A stretch of 64,000 bases of DNA from an uncultured Muribaculaceae bacterium (GTDB taxonomy: Bacteria; Bacillota_I; Bacilli_A; RF39; UBA660): assembly GCA_964370475.1 (NCBI GenBank), contig CAYJJI010000003.1:14389-78388 (forward strand). Reading direction: 5' to 3'. Of the stretch, positions 9,740 to 20,499 are shown in pieces (within the stretch, counting starts at the first letter, position 1; every line of letters starts with the position of its first letter). The notes under the pieces were generated by a model. It made no database searches and was not told the origin of the DNA. It was given only the letters and a program-made list of their open reading frames with translations. The position numbers and the translations under genes were made by a program.

Positions 9740-11131
9740 TTAGTTTAATACTTCTTTTAATAATTTTATTGCTTCTTGTACACTTTCTTCATTTGGTTCC
9801 ATTATATACAATTCTTGTGTTCCATAGTTTGGTATTATTGCACTTGAATCGTATCCTTCTAATGAATTAGAAGTTATTTTCCAACTTGAGTTATTATCTA
9901 GTTGATTCTTTATATAATTTGTTATTAAATCGTTGGGTATATTGGTGATAAATGAATTACTTAAAGTGTCTAAGAATGATGAATATTTAATTAAAATTGC
10001 AGGATTTATCGCTGCATTAAATGTTCCTTCTAATACATTAAATTGATTTTCTATTCTTGTTCGGTCTCCTCCTGTAAAGCTTTTTCTTTCTCGAGAAAAA
10101 GCTAGAGCTTTGTGACCATCCATTTCGTTCATTCCTTTTTTTATAGTGTAATTAACATTATCTGAACTTATTGTTAAATTATAATCTGAGTAGACTTCTA
10201 TTGGACCAATAGCATTTATAATATCTATTACAGAGTTAAAGTTAATTTTGATGTAGTAATCTATTTCTATATCTAATAAGTTTTCTACGGAATTTGTTAA
10301 TGTATTAATACCTTTTACTCCAATATGAGTTAATTTATCTTTAGTAGCAGATCCGTCAACTTCTATGTAATAATCTCTTGGAAATGATGTTACTAGTATT
10401 TCATTAGTACTTGGATTGATACTTATTAACATATTTACATCACTTCTTGTAGTTAATGATAAGTTATTGTAATTATCTGCGCCGCTTAGATATATGTTTA
10501 TTGGAGAGTTAATATTTTTATTTTCTTCGTTGTCTTCAATATAAATTATAATATCAAATTGGTATATTGTTGTTATACTTGTTTCTATTGATGGGTCTAG
10601 TTCGATTAATAAATTTAATACTGTTGTTTCAATTAGTATTGCATCTACTGTTTTTGATTCTAGATTTGTTATTATACTACTTAAATCTTCTATCACTACT
10701 TTTTGAAAGTTAATTTCTTTTTCTAGTTTTTCAATAGCTTCTTGGTACTCTTCTGCTCCATTATATATTCCAATAGAAGAATCATTGTAGTTAGTTAGTT
10801 CATCGGAAGAGCTTTTTAGTGCTATTAATGAGTAATTATTCGTTACTTCTGTAAGACCAAAGTTATTAAAGAAGTTTAGAGTACTAAATAAATAAAAATT
10901 TATTGCTATTAATATTACTATTGATAAGATAGACATTGTTTTAAAAGTTTTTTGTTTTTTACTTTTTACTAACTTATATATTAAGAATATATCTATTATA
11001 CTTAAAATTGAAGTTATTCCTAAAAAGTATTTTAAAGGAATTAAACTTAAAATATATAGTAGTCCTAGTGTTGATAGTGTAAAGATAACTATTAATATAA
11101 TTATAGCTAAATTTAATTTATTTTTTTTCAT
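9740..11131 (-). CDS. LytR-CpsA-Psr (LCP) family cell-envelope polymer transferase
   Basis: 463 aa. Polytopic N-terminus. The LCP core VNMLISINPSTNEILVTSFPRDYYIEVDG…LTHIGV…IDYYIKINFNSVIDIINAIGPIEV resembles the LCP signature (…SIPRD…). Confidence 0.75.
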   Translation of the reverse strand: MKKNKLNLAIIILIVIFTLSTLGLLYILSLIPLKYFLGITSILSIIDIFLIYKLVKSKKQKTFKTMSILSIVILIAINFYLFSTLNFFNNFGLTEVTNNYSLIALKSSSDELTNYNDSSIGIYNGAEEYQEAIEKLEKEINFQKVVIEDLSSIITNLESKTVDAILIETTVLNLLIELDPSIETSITTIYQFDIIIYIEDNEENKNINSPINIYLSGADNYNNLSLTTRSDVNMLISINPSTNEILVTSFPRDYYIEVDGSATKDKLTHIGVKGINTLTNSVENLLDIEIDYYIKINFNSVIDIINAIGPIEVYSDYNLTISSDNVNYTIKKGMNEMDGHKALAFSRERKSFTGGDRTRIENQFNVLEGTFNAAINPAILIKYSSFLDTLSNSFITNIPNDLITNYIKNQLDNNSSWKITSNSLEGYDSSAIIPNYGTQELYIMEPNEESVQEAIKLLKEVLN

Positions 11132-11241
11132 ATTATCACCTATTTGTGCCTTTGTTGATGTTATCTTATCAAATTAGTTATAAAATAGCAACGTTGCAAT
11201 ATTTTATTAATAGTTGTATACTTTTTTTAGGTGATAATTTT

Positions 11242-11910
11242 ATGAATAAAAGAGCTTTATTAATTATCTTAGTAGTGGTGATTAATTGTATACTTATGGG
11301 GATTGTTGATGCTGTTATTGTGCCTCATTATTTTATTAAATCTTTAATTAAATTATTTTTATTTCTAGTGGGACCTATAATTACTTTTATTATTTATAAG
11401 GATATAGAATATAAAAGTATTTTAAAAATTAATAAAAAATGTATCCTAAAATCGTTAGGATTGGGGATATCTATTTTTATTTTTATTTTAGTGTCTTATT
11501 TTATACTAGGTAATATTTTTGATTTATCTAATATTACTAATTCATTAACTAATGATATTGGTGTTAATATTGATAATTATTTATATGTTTCTATTTATAT
11601 ATCAATAGTTAATTCTTTTTTGGAAGAGTTTTTCTTTAGAGGTTTTTCTTTTTTAATTTTAAAGAAATATAGTTCTTTTAGATTATCTTTGTTTTTTAGT
11701 TCTATTACTTTTTCTTTATATCATATTGCTATAATGATAAGTTGGTTTAATATATGGACTTTATTGCTTTTAATAGTTGTATTATTTATAGGTGGATTAA
11801 TATTTAATTATATTAATCTTAAATATGAAAATATATATAGTTCTTGGTTAGTTCATATGTTTGCTAATATTGCTATTAATATATTAGGATTTATTTTATT
11901 TTTAAATTAA
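11242..11910 (+). CDS. CPBP-family (CAAX-type) intramembrane metalloprotease
   Basis: Motif 1 EEFFFRGF, motif 2 FSLYHIAIM, motif 3 WLVHMFANI. Start taken at MNKRALL, preceded by AGGTGA. Confidence 0.75.
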   Translation: MNKRALLIILVVVINCILMGIVDAVIVPHYFIKSLIKLFLFLVGPIITFIIYKDIEYKSILKINKKCILKSLGLGISIFIFILVSYFILGNIFDLSNITNSLTNDIGVNIDNYLYVSIYISIVNSFLEEFFFRGFSFLILKKYSSFRLSLFFSSITFSLYHIAIMISWFNIWTLLLLIVVLFIGGLIFNYINLKYENIYSSWLVHMFANIAINILGFILFLN

Positions 11911-13043
11911 TACTTTCCACCAGTTAATTCTTTTAGTACTTTGATCATACTTTCTAAGTATGATCTTTTTGTAATATTTTCTTTTATAGTTATTGGAATT
12001 TCATCTATTACTTCACCTTCGTGAATTAATTTTATTAAACCTACTTCATCTCCATAATTTAATGGAGCTTTGTTATTTGTTATAATTATTTCTTTTTCAT
12101 ATTTGACTATTTTATCTGTTACTTTTAATAGTTCAGTTATATCTTCTTTTACTATTAATGTTCCGTAATCTAAGTTACCTTTTTCTATTTTTATATTACC
12201 TAGTTGAGTGTTTTGGGGATATATTATATTCAATTTGTAGTTGTTAAATCCATAATCTAGTAGCGATGTAGTATCGTAACTTCTTAATTCACTTGTTTGG
12301 GAACCCATTACTACACTTATGTATCTTATACTATTTTTCATAGCTGTTGTTGTAATACAGTAGCCGGCTTCTGCTGTGTATCCGGTTTTTAAACCGTCAA
12401 CCCCTTCATAGTATCTTACTAACTTATTGGTATTTACTAACCACATTTTACTGCCATCATCTCTGATTAATTCATCTTCGTATATCTTAGTGTAATTTAA
12501 TATTGTTTCATATTTTATTAACTCTTTGGCTATTATTGACATATCATGAGCTGTTGAATAATGTCCTTCTTCGTCTAATCCGTGAGCATTTTTAAATTGT
12601 GTATTTTTCAATCCAAGTGATGCTACTTTTGCATTCATCATTTTTACAAATTCTTCTTCTGTTCCACCTATTTTTTCTGCAAGAGCAACTGATGCATCAT
12701 TTGCACTAGCTATTGATACTCCTTTTAACAATTCATTTACTGTTAATTTTGTTCCACTTTCTAAAAACAATTGGCTTCCTCCCATTGATTGGGCATTATC
12801 GGATATATGAACTTCATCTGTGTAATCTAAATTTCCTTCGTAAATTGTTTCCATAACTAATAATAGAGTCATTATTTTAGTCATTGATGCTGGCGCTAGT
12901 TTTTCATGAATGTTTTTTTGATATAATACTTTTCCTGTTGAATATTCCATTAATATAGCTGATTTTGAATTTGGAGTTAGATCTGTTGCTGATATTTTTG
13001 GGATAAATAAAAATATTGATAATAATATAAATATTTTTTTCAT
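11907..13043 (-). CDS. Serine-type D-alanyl-D-alanine carboxypeptidase (PBP5/DacF-like)
   Basis: 378 aa. Signal peptide. SxxK (SMTKIMT), SxN (SASND) and KTG (KTGYT) boxes in the correct order. Confidence 0.8.
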   Translation of the reverse strand: MKKIFILLSIFLFIPKISATDLTPNSKSAILMEYSTGKVLYQKNIHEKLAPASMTKIMTLLLVMETIYEGNLDYTDEVHISDNAQSMGGSQLFLESGTKLTVNELLKGVSIASANDASVALAEKIGGTEEEFVKMMNAKVASLGLKNTQFKNAHGLDEEGHYSTAHDMSIIAKELIKYETILNYTKIYEDELIRDDGSKMWLVNTNKLVRYYEGVDGLKTGYTAEAGYCITTTAMKNSIRYISVVMGSQTSELRSYDTTSLLDYGFNNYKLNIIYPQNTQLGNIKIEKGNLDYGTLIVKEDITELLKVTDKIVKYEKEIIITNNKAPLNYGDEVGLIKLIHEGEVIDEIPITIKENITKRSYLESMIKVLKELTGGKY

Positions 13044-13160
13044 AGTTTCACCTCTAATAAAGGTATATGTTACTTGATATAATTTATAACTTTTATGCTT
13101 TTATTGTATTTAATAATTACATTACTTGTGTTATACTAATTAATATAGAAGGAGTAAAAT

Positions 13161-15146
13161 ATGGAAAATGAAAATTTGGGTGGAAGTGTCCCAAAACAAG
13201 ATGAAATTGTTGTACAACCGGAAATAGTTACTATGGATAGTTCTGTTAGTCCTGTTGTTAATGAACCTATTGTTGATAATACACTTAATAATGATGGCTC
13301 TTATATTAAGCCGAAAAAGAAGATGTCAAAATTATTTCTAATTATTGGTATTGTTCTAACTGTTCTAATTGCTGGAGGTGGTATTACTTATTACGCGCTT
13401 ACTAGTAATTCTAAACAACTGTATAAAACAGTTTTAGATGTTAAGACTGGGGATTTAGTTGAATTTTTAGAAGATATCAACAAGTATATGATTGAAGTTG
13501 ATATGAATGAAGATACTTTTATCTTTGAGGGAGATATGAGTGTTGATAGTAATTTAGATCAGTTATCTGATTATGAAAATTATACATATGATTATAAACT
13601 TGGACTTAATTTAAGTGATTTTGATGCTTATATGGAGCTTGGAGTTAAAGATAGTTCTGATATAGCTCGTGTTAAATTAGATTATACTGATGAAAGTTTC
13701 TTAGTTGAGTCTAGTGAAATATTTAATGAGGTTTTTGAAGTTATGTTCTCTGACTTAGGACTTGATGTTGATATGAGTGTTATAGAGAATATGAATTTCG
13801 AATCAATTACTTTTGATGAATCTATTTATATTATTGAAAAAACTACTGAGTTCTTTGGAGATTCTCTTGATGAAGATGAGTTTGAAAAGAAAGATGGAAG
13901 TATCAGAGTCAATGGTGAAAAAATAGATGTTACTAAACATGTTTATACAATTGATAATAAAACTATGCAAAATATGACTGTAAGTATTTTAAAAGCCATG
14001 TTAGATGATGATAAGTATTTAGAAATTATCGAAAAAGCTTTTGCATCTACTTACGAAGTATATGCTTCTCAAAATAATATGGATAGTGAATTTGACATTA
14101 ACGAGGTAATTGAAAGTTTAATTGATAGTGTTGAAAATACTGATGCTGTTGGAGAAGAAGAAATAGAAATAATATTACATACTCATGGTATTTTTAATAC
14201 TGTAGTTGGTATTTCTGTAGAAATTAATAATGAAGAGTTGTTATTATATACTGAAAAAGATGAACAAGTAGGTTTCTTTATTTTAGAAGAACAATTAGAA
14301 ATATTTGGAGATGTTGAAAAAAATAAACTAAATCTTGAAGTTAAAAGTTCATTAGCTGAATTTGATAAGTTTGATGTTGAACTAAAATATGGTGATGGTG
14401 AATATGGAATTAAAATTGATTATGCACTGGATTCTACTGAAGCTGTTTTAGATTCTACAGTAAAATTATCTAAAGATAATGATGATAAAATGAGTGTTAC
14501 TTTAACAATGAGTGCTAGCTTAAATGATAGTTACGATGATATTGAATTAAATATTAATACTAATACTTCTTTATCAGTTGTTGATAAATTGCCTGAATTA
14601 AGTGACGGTGTTAATATTAATAACCTTAGTGAAGATGATATTAATACTATTACTTCTAATGTATTAGAACTAATGGAAACAGAACCAATTAAATCATTTA
14701 TTGAAGATTTTGCTGATATTGCATCATCAAATGGATTTGAATTTGATGATGAATCATTAAACGGATCAGATAATGACTCTTTTGGTGATTTAAATGATGA
14801 TATTGTACCTCAAGATACTAGTTATAGTAATATTAAAGAAATTACTTATGATGATATATTTTTAACTAGTTATTATCCTGATGAAATGATTTTATTAATA
14901 AGTTCTACTGGATGTAAATTTTGTGATGAAATTAAACCCGAACTTAATGAAGCAATGATAGAACTTGGAAAAGAAGCTTGGGTAATTGAAGTTGATAAAT
15001 TAGATAGTTATGATGCTGATTGGTTAGAATTTGATTTTCCTTATTCTGGTACACCAACTATGTATCATGTTGTTAATAAAGATACTAGTAAATCTATGTC
15101 TGGAAGTACAGATAAACAAACTATTATCGACTGGATTAATAAATAA
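13161..15146 (+). CDS. Acidic membrane-anchored protein with C-terminal thioredoxin-like CxxC domain
   Basis: 661 aa. TM LFLIIGIVLTVLIAGGGITYYAL. Very D/E-rich. C-terminal LISSTGCKFCDEIKPELNEA looks like a thioredoxin-fold CxxC. Confidence 0.45.
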   Translation: MENENLGGSVPKQDEIVVQPEIVTMDSSVSPVVNEPIVDNTLNNDGSYIKPKKKMSKLFLIIGIVLTVLIAGGGITYYALTSNSKQLYKTVLDVKTGDLVEFLEDINKYMIEVDMNEDTFIFEGDMSVDSNLDQLSDYENYTYDYKLGLNLSDFDAYMELGVKDSSDIARVKLDYTDESFLVESSEIFNEVFEVMFSDLGLDVDMSVIENMNFESITFDESIYIIEKTTEFFGDSLDEDEFEKKDGSIRVNGEKIDVTKHVYTIDNKTMQNMTVSILKAMLDDDKYLEIIEKAFASTYEVYASQNNMDSEFDINEVIESLIDSVENTDAVGEEEIEIILHTHGIFNTVVGISVEINNEELLLYTEKDEQVGFFILEEQLEIFGDVEKNKLNLEVKSSLAEFDKFDVELKYGDGEYGIKIDYALDSTEAVLDSTVKLSKDNDDKMSVTLTMSASLNDSYDDIELNINTNTSLSVVDKLPELSDGVNINNLSEDDINTITSNVLELMETEPIKSFIEDFADIASSNGFEFDDESLNGSDNDSFGDLNDDIVPQDTSYSNIKEITYDDIFLTSYYPDEMILLISSTGCKFCDEIKPELNEAMIELGKEAWVIEVDKLDSYDADWLEFDFPYSGTPTMYHVVNKDTSKSMSGSTDKQTIIDWINK

Positions 15147-15207
15147 GAAGTTTTACTTCTTTTTTTATGCTATAAAAAAAAGTGCTATTTAGCACTTTCT
15201 TTTTTTG
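15147..15207. terminator. Convergent/bidirectional rho-independent terminators between the 661-aa gene (+) and pnp (-)
   Basis: gaagt-ttt-acttc followed by a T-run for the + gene. agtgcta-ttt-agcact flanked by an A-run upstream and a T-run downstream; this works for the minus transcript and overlaps the last pnp codons. Confidence 0.55.
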
Positions 15208-17350
15208 TTTTTTCTTCTTTTGGTTCTGGTTTTGGTAATGCTTCTTTTCTTGAAAGATTTAGTCTTCCTCTATTATCATTTCCTAATGATTTTACTATTA
15301 TTTCATCACCAATGTTTACTATATCTTTAGTTTTATTTACTCTTTCATGAGCCAAGTGAGATATATGAACTAATCCTTCACATCCAGGCCATAGTTCTAC
15401 GAAACATCCAAAATCTTCAATTTTTATTACTTTACCAGAGTATAATTCTCCTGGTATTACTTCTCTTACTACTGCTTCAATCATATCTTTAGTTTTTTCA
15501 ATTACTGCCATATCATAGTGATATATCAATACTCTTCCGTCATCTTCTAAATCTACTTTTACTGCATCTTTATCATTAACACTGATTACGTTTGAAGCTT
15601 CTTGAATGATTTTAGTAATCATTTCTCCACCACGACCAATTACGTCTTTGATTTTTTCTGGGTCTATTTGCATTGTAACTGTTTTTGGAGCATATGGACT
15701 TAGTTCTGCTCTTGGTTCTTTAATTACTTTGCTCATCATCTTTAATATTTCTAAACGAGCTACTTTAGCTTGTTCTAAAGCTTCTTTTAGAATCTTTTTA
15801 GTAACTCCTTTAATTTTAATATCCATTTGAAGTGCTGTTATACCGTTATGTGTTCCAGCTACTTTGAAGTCCATATCACCCATATGATCTTCTAATCCTT
15901 GAATATCTGTTAAGATTGTATATTTTTTTCCATTTTGAATTAATCCCATTGCAATACCTGCAACTGGAGATTTTAATGGAACACCTGCTGCCATTAAACT
16001 TAGACAACCTGCACATATTGTTGCTTGTGAACTTGATCCATTACTCTCTAGAATTTCACTTACAACTCTTATAGTATATGGGAATTCTTCTTCTGTAGGG
16101 ATTACAGCTGATAATGCTTTTTCTCCTAACATTCCGTGTCCGATTTCTCTTCTACCTGGCGCTCCATATCTTCCAGTTTCTCCTACTGAATATTGTGGAA
16201 AGTTGTAATGTAACATAAATCTTTTTGTATCTTCTAGACCTAGTCCATCTAATATTTGATGTTCCCCTAAAGCTCCAAGTGTTGTTACTGCTAAACTTTG
16301 AGTTTCTCCTCTTGTAAATACAGCGGAACCATGTGTTCTTGGTAATAAATCTATATATCCTGATAAATCTCTTATTTCATCCATTTTTCTACCATCAGGT
16401 CTTATTTTTTTATCGGTAATTAATCTTCTAACTTCGTTAGCTTCAATATTATGAACGATTTTTTTAACTTGTTTAATTGCGTTATCGAAATCATCTCTTG
16501 ATGCATATACTTCAGTAAAGTTTGTAATTGCTTTTTCTTTTACTTCATCTATTGCTTCATATTTTTTTAGTTTGTTTTTAATTTGAATAGCTGCAATCAT
16601 ATCTTTTGTTGAGAATTCTTCGACATCTTTAACGATTTCTTCGTCAAATTTTGCTAATTCAACTTCAACTTTTTCTTCTCCGCAATCAGCTATAATACTT
16701 TCTTGAAATTCACATAATTTTATGATATTTTCATGCCCAAACATTAACGCTTTTAACATATCTTCTTCAGATAATTCTTTTGATCCTGCTTCTACCATAC
16801 ATATTGCATCTTTAGTTCCAGCAACTGTAAGTGATAGCACTGATTGTTCCATTTGTTCTGCTGTTGGATTTATTATTAGTTCTTTACCTATTTTCCCAAC
16901 TACTACACCAGCTACTGGTCCATCAAATGGAATATTACTTATACCAAGAGCTAGTGAAGTACCAAATAAAGCTGCCATTTCTGGTGCATTATCTTGTTCT
17001 ACAGATAGTACTGTATTAATTACTTGTACTTCATTTCTAAAGTTTTCATCAAACATTGGTCTGATAGGACGATCTATTAGTCTTGCAGCAAGTGTTGCTG
17101 CATCTGTAGGTCTTCCTTCTCTTTTAATAAATCCACCTGGAATTTTTCCAACACTATATAATTTTTCTTGATATACAACTGTTAAAGGAAAGAAATCTTG
17201 TGTAATAGCATTCTTACCCATTACTGCAGCAGTTAATACTACTGTGTCACCAAATCTTGTTAAAACAGAACCGTTTGCTTGTTTTGCTAGTTCTTTAGTT
17301 TCTATAACTATTTTTCTTCCAGCAAAATCTAATTCATAAGTTTTTTTCAT
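15185..17350 (-). CDS. pnp: Polyribonucleotide nucleotidyltransferase (PNPase)
   Basis: 721 aa. Two RNase PH domains, KH and S1 (C-terminal [15 protein letters not shown]…). Classic rpsO-pnp arrangement. Confidence 0.95.
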   Translation of the reverse strand: MKKTYELDFAGRKIVIETKELAKQANGSVLTRFGDTVVLTAAVMGKNAITQDFFPLTVVYQEKLYSVGKIPGGFIKREGRPTDAATLAARLIDRPIRPMFDENFRNEVQVINTVLSVEQDNAPEMAALFGTSLALGISNIPFDGPVAGVVVGKIGKELIINPTAEQMEQSVLSLTVAGTKDAICMVEAGSKELSEEDMLKALMFGHENIIKLCEFQESIIADCGEEKVEVELAKFDEEIVKDVEEFSTKDMIAAIQIKNKLKKYEAIDEVKEKAITNFTEVYASRDDFDNAIKQVKKIVHNIEANEVRRLITDKKIRPDGRKMDEIRDLSGYIDLLPRTHGSAVFTRGETQSLAVTTLGALGEHQILDGLGLEDTKRFMLHYNFPQYSVGETGRYGAPGRREIGHGMLGEKALSAVIPTEEEFPYTIRVVSEILESNGSSSQATICAGCLSLMAAGVPLKSPVAGIAMGLIQNGKKYTILTDIQGLEDHMGDMDFKVAGTHNGITALQMDIKIKGVTKKILKEALEQAKVARLEILKMMSKVIKEPRAELSPYAPKTVTMQIDPEKIKDVIGRGGEMITKIIQEASNVISVNDKDAVKVDLEDDGRVLIYHYDMAVIEKTKDMIEAVVREVIPGELYSGKVIKIEDFGCFVELWPGCEGLVHISHLAHERVNKTKDIVNIGDEIIVKSLGNDNRGRLNLSRKEALPKPEPKEEKTKKESAK

Positions 17351-17370
17351 TTTTACCTCTATTCTATCTT

Positions 17371-17397
17371 AAAAAAAGACACTTAAAATCAAGTGCC
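17371..17397 (-). terminator. rpsO terminator/attenuator hairpin in the rpsO-pnp intergenic region
   Basis: Imperfect stem (gacactt / aagtgcc) directly after the rpsO stop. It is followed on the minus transcript by a U7 run (the A7 at 17371-17377). Confidence 0.45.
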
Positions 17398-17666
17398 TAT
17401 TTTCTTAAATTCAATGCTTTAATTAATTCACGATAAGCAACTACATCATTATTTTTCAAATAATTTAGTAAGCTTTTTCTCTTACCAACTTTCATTAATA
17501 AACCACGTTTAGAATGATAGTCATGAGTGTGAACTTTTAAATGTTCAGTTAAGTCGTTAATTTCTGCAGTTAAGATTGCAACTTGTACTTCAGTTTTACC
17601 ACTGTTTTTTGCATCTTTACCAAAAGTTTTAACCAACTCAGCTTTTGTTTCTTTTGTTATAGCCAT
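17397..17666 (-). CDS. rpsO: 30S ribosomal protein S15
   Basis: 89 aa. …[32 protein letters not shown]… is the S15 signature. Confidence 0.95.
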   Translation of the reverse strand: MAITKETKAELVKTFGKDAKNSGKTEVQVAILTAEINDLTEHLKVHTHDYHSKRGLLMKVGKRKSLLNYLKNNDVVAYRELIKALNLRK

Positions 17667-17753
17667 AATTATAGCTCCTTTCTTATTTATTATCTATTTG
17701 ATCCTAGTAGTGATTTGAAAGGTATATCAAAACCAAGAACAAATGTCTTACAT

Positions 17754-17782
17754 AGTATATAATACTTCTCTGTTAAATGCAA
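17754..17782 (-). promoter_or_regulatory. Candidate sigma-A promoter for rpsO (TTGCAT-17-TATACT)
   Basis: Reverse complement reads ttgcat ttaacagagaagtatta tatact, about 90 nt upstream of the rpsO start. Confidence 0.35.
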
Positions 17783-17817
17783 GTAGTTTCATCATTATTC
17801 TGTATTATTAAATACTT

Positions 17818-19296
17818 TTAGGCTCTTTTAAGTTCTTTTTGTTTTTCTATACCTGGTATTGTATTTTTATGATTTAATTTTATTATGTATTCATTATCTA
17901 ATAATTGTTCTAAATAGTTTTGATTACATTTAATAAATGATCCGTTATCAAATAATATTGTGTAAGTTGTATTTTCGATGTTTGATAAATCAGATTTGTT
18001 ATAACTAATTATTACTCCTGATTGAGTTGTTGTATATACTGAGTTGAATCTCATTTTTTTATTATCAACACAGAAAAATAATATTTTAAATATTGATAGA
18101 AATGTTAAACCATTGAAATCGTAATTGGTAAATAGTTCTATTATGTCTTCTGGAGTAGAATTTTTGTTAATATATTTTTTTATGTAATTATTAAAATCTA
18201 AGTAGACCTTTTCTATCTTGTTAAAATCTGATGTTACTTCTGTTAGTTTTTCTATAAATAAATTTTCTAAGTAATCATATTCTTCTTCATATTCTAAGCC
18301 TGTAATTTCTCGGTTTATTTTTTGATTTACTAAGTCACCGTAGTAGATATTATCTATTGGATCAACTACTATACCTATACCTTCTACATAATAAGATAAG
18401 TAAGTATGTTCTTCATATGAATTATCAAATGTTAATCCTTGTAACGTTGAATCTACCCCAATAGTTTCTAGTAACTTTGCATATATTATTGCGAAATTAT
18501 AGCAATTTACATTAGGATTTCCTAAAGATATTTCTGGATATATACTCAAATTCTCTATATCTTCTGAATATGAAATATCATTTCTAAATATATGTGTATC
18601 TATATTATAGTTTAATATTAAACACAGTTTTTTGTAAATATAAATAGAGCTTTTTAGTTTGCCATAATTTGATGGTATGTTTTTTATAACTTCATGAACA
18701 AAGTTTTCATTTAATTTTATTTTATTTAAATAATTATTATCATGAATTGTTTCTTCTCTTAATTGACTCAACAACTTTGATTTATTTACTGAGACGTTGA
18801 AAATTTTTGTTGATAAGTTCCATATTGCTTGTTTTGATTCATTTGCATCTTGATGACTTAATTTAATTTTTATTATTTTGTTTTGTTTTGGACTATTTGA
18901 TAAGTTAAATAAGTTTGCTATTTCTATTAGATTAAATTGATATTGTTTATTATTTATTGTTGTATTATATTTTCCACTAAATAGTGCATCATAATCTTCT
19001 TCTGATATGGTTTTGCTTATACTAACTAAGCATGTATCTTTAATATCTATTGATATATCTTCAGAGTTAATAATATATAATATTAATCCTATTGGGTCTA
19101 TTCGATACATAATATTATGATGTTTTAAATATATATCATTTTCTAAATAGATATTATCTATTATGTCCATAAATTCATTAGTTTTTTCTAATATATGATC
19201 CAATAACATTTGATGATATATTCCTTTGTTATATAATAATTCTAATGATGAATTTAATGATTCATCATTTATTATTATTTCTAATTTATCCCCCAT
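17818..19296 (-). CDS. Transglutaminase-like (papain-fold Cys-His-Asp) domain protein
   Basis: 492 aa. NCYNFAIIYAKLLETIGV (Cys box), EHTYLSYYVEGIGIVVDPID (His…Asp). It occupies the position usually taken by ribF downstream of truB. Confidence 0.45.
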   Translation of the reverse strand: MGDKLEIIINDESLNSSLELLYNKGIYHQMLLDHILEKTNEFMDIIDNIYLENDIYLKHHNIMYRIDPIGLILYIINSEDISIDIKDTCLVSISKTISEEDYDALFSGKYNTTINNKQYQFNLIEIANLFNLSNSPKQNKIIKIKLSHQDANESKQAIWNLSTKIFNVSVNKSKLLSQLREETIHDNNYLNKIKLNENFVHEVIKNIPSNYGKLKSSIYIYKKLCLILNYNIDTHIFRNDISYSEDIENLSIYPEISLGNPNVNCYNFAIIYAKLLETIGVDSTLQGLTFDNSYEEHTYLSYYVEGIGIVVDPIDNIYYGDLVNQKINREITGLEYEEEYDYLENLFIEKLTEVTSDFNKIEKVYLDFNNYIKKYINKNSTPEDIIELFTNYDFNGLTFLSIFKILFFCVDNKKMRFNSVYTTTQSGVIISYNKSDLSNIENTTYTILFDNGSFIKCNQNYLEQLLDNEYIIKLNHKNTIPGIEKQKELKRA

Positions 19297-19310
19297 TTTA
19301 CCCCCATTGT

Positions 19311-20150
19311 TTATTTTCTAAACATTAATTTAATTCTTGCTACATCTACATCTTTTGTATATAAAGCTATATATTTATTTTGATATGTATATATTACTTC
19401 TTGGTTATTAAAGTTAATAATCATTTTTTGTCCGTTTTTGACTTTAAAATATTCTTCTTCTGTTAGTTCTTTTTTTTCGTAGTTTTTAAATATTTCTTGA
19501 TGAGTCAACTCTTGGTAGTTGTTATTTAAAATATTATCTAATTCATTAGAATTTTCTATATTAAAATCTCCTTGTTTAGTTCTTATTAAATCTGACATTG
19601 TTCCTACTGTATTTAGTTTTTCACAAATATCTTCAATTAAACTTCTTATGTACGTTCCTTTTGATACTGTTACTTTAAATGAGAATGTATCTTTATCATA
19701 ATCAATTAATGATATTTGAGATACTTCTATTTCCCTTTTAGGAAGTTCTACTATTTCATTATTTCTGGCATATTCATATAATTTTTTACCATTTATTTTA
19801 ACAGCAGAATATATTGGTACTGTTTGAATTGATTTACCCATAAATAAATTTATTACTTTCACCAATTTTTCTTCATTAAAGTTATAATCTTTTTCTTCAA
19901 TTATGTTACCGGTTATATCTCCGGTATCGGTTTTTATACCTACTTTTACTTTAGCGATATATTCTTTGTTTTTTGACGTAATAATATCTACAAGTTTAGT
20001 GTCATTGTCAATACATACAATAAGGACACCCGAAGCCATTGGGTCCAATGTTCCAGTGTGTCCTACTTTTTTTGTATTGAAATGTTTACTTATAATATTA
20101 ACCACATCTCTTGATGTCATATTTGGTTTTTTGTAAACATTTAGTACCAT
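19311..20150 (-). CDS. truB: tRNA pseudouridine-55 synthase
   Basis: KKVGHTGTLDPMASGVLIV catalytic Asp motif. 279 aa. Confidence 0.9.
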   Translation of the reverse strand: MVLNVYKKPNMTSRDVVNIISKHFNTKKVGHTGTLDPMASGVLIVCIDNDTKLVDIITSKNKEYIAKVKVGIKTDTGDITGNIIEEKDYNFNEEKLVKVINLFMGKSIQTVPIYSAVKINGKKLYEYARNNEIVELPKREIEVSQISLIDYDKDTFSFKVTVSKGTYIRSLIEDICEKLNTVGTMSDLIRTKQGDFNIENSNELDNILNNNYQELTHQEIFKNYEKKELTEEEYFKVKNGQKMIINFNNQEVIYTYQNKYIALYTKDVDVARIKLMFRK

Positions 20151-20151
20151 A

Positions 20152-20499
20152 TTATTCTCCTTGATGAATCTTAGAGATAATAGTTTCTATTTTTTGACCT
20201 TCTGCAATAGAATTATCATATTTAAAAACTAATTTTGGAGTGTGTCTTAGTTCGACTTTTTGTGATAAGTGACCTCTTAAGTATTTCGAAGTATTATCAT
20301 TAAGTTCACGCTCTAATTCTTCTTGAGTTTTATCTAATAGTGATGTGAAGAACACTTTACAATATGATAAGTCATTTGAAACTTCACAATCAGTAATAGT
20401 AATATTTTTTAATAATTCATCTGAAGTTTCGTTGATTATTATCTCAAATAAGCAACGATTTATTTCAGCTGATATTCTTTTTTGTTTTACTTGATTCAT
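20152..20499 (-). CDS. rbfA: Ribosome-binding factor A
   Basis: 115 aa. Follows infB with a 4-nt overlap. Confidence 0.85.
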   Translation of the reverse strand: MNQVKQKRISAEINRCLFEIIINETSDELLKNITITDCEVSNDLSYCKVFFTSLLDKTQEELERELNDNTSKYLRGHLSQKVELRHTPKLVFKYDNSIAEGQKIETIISKIHQGE

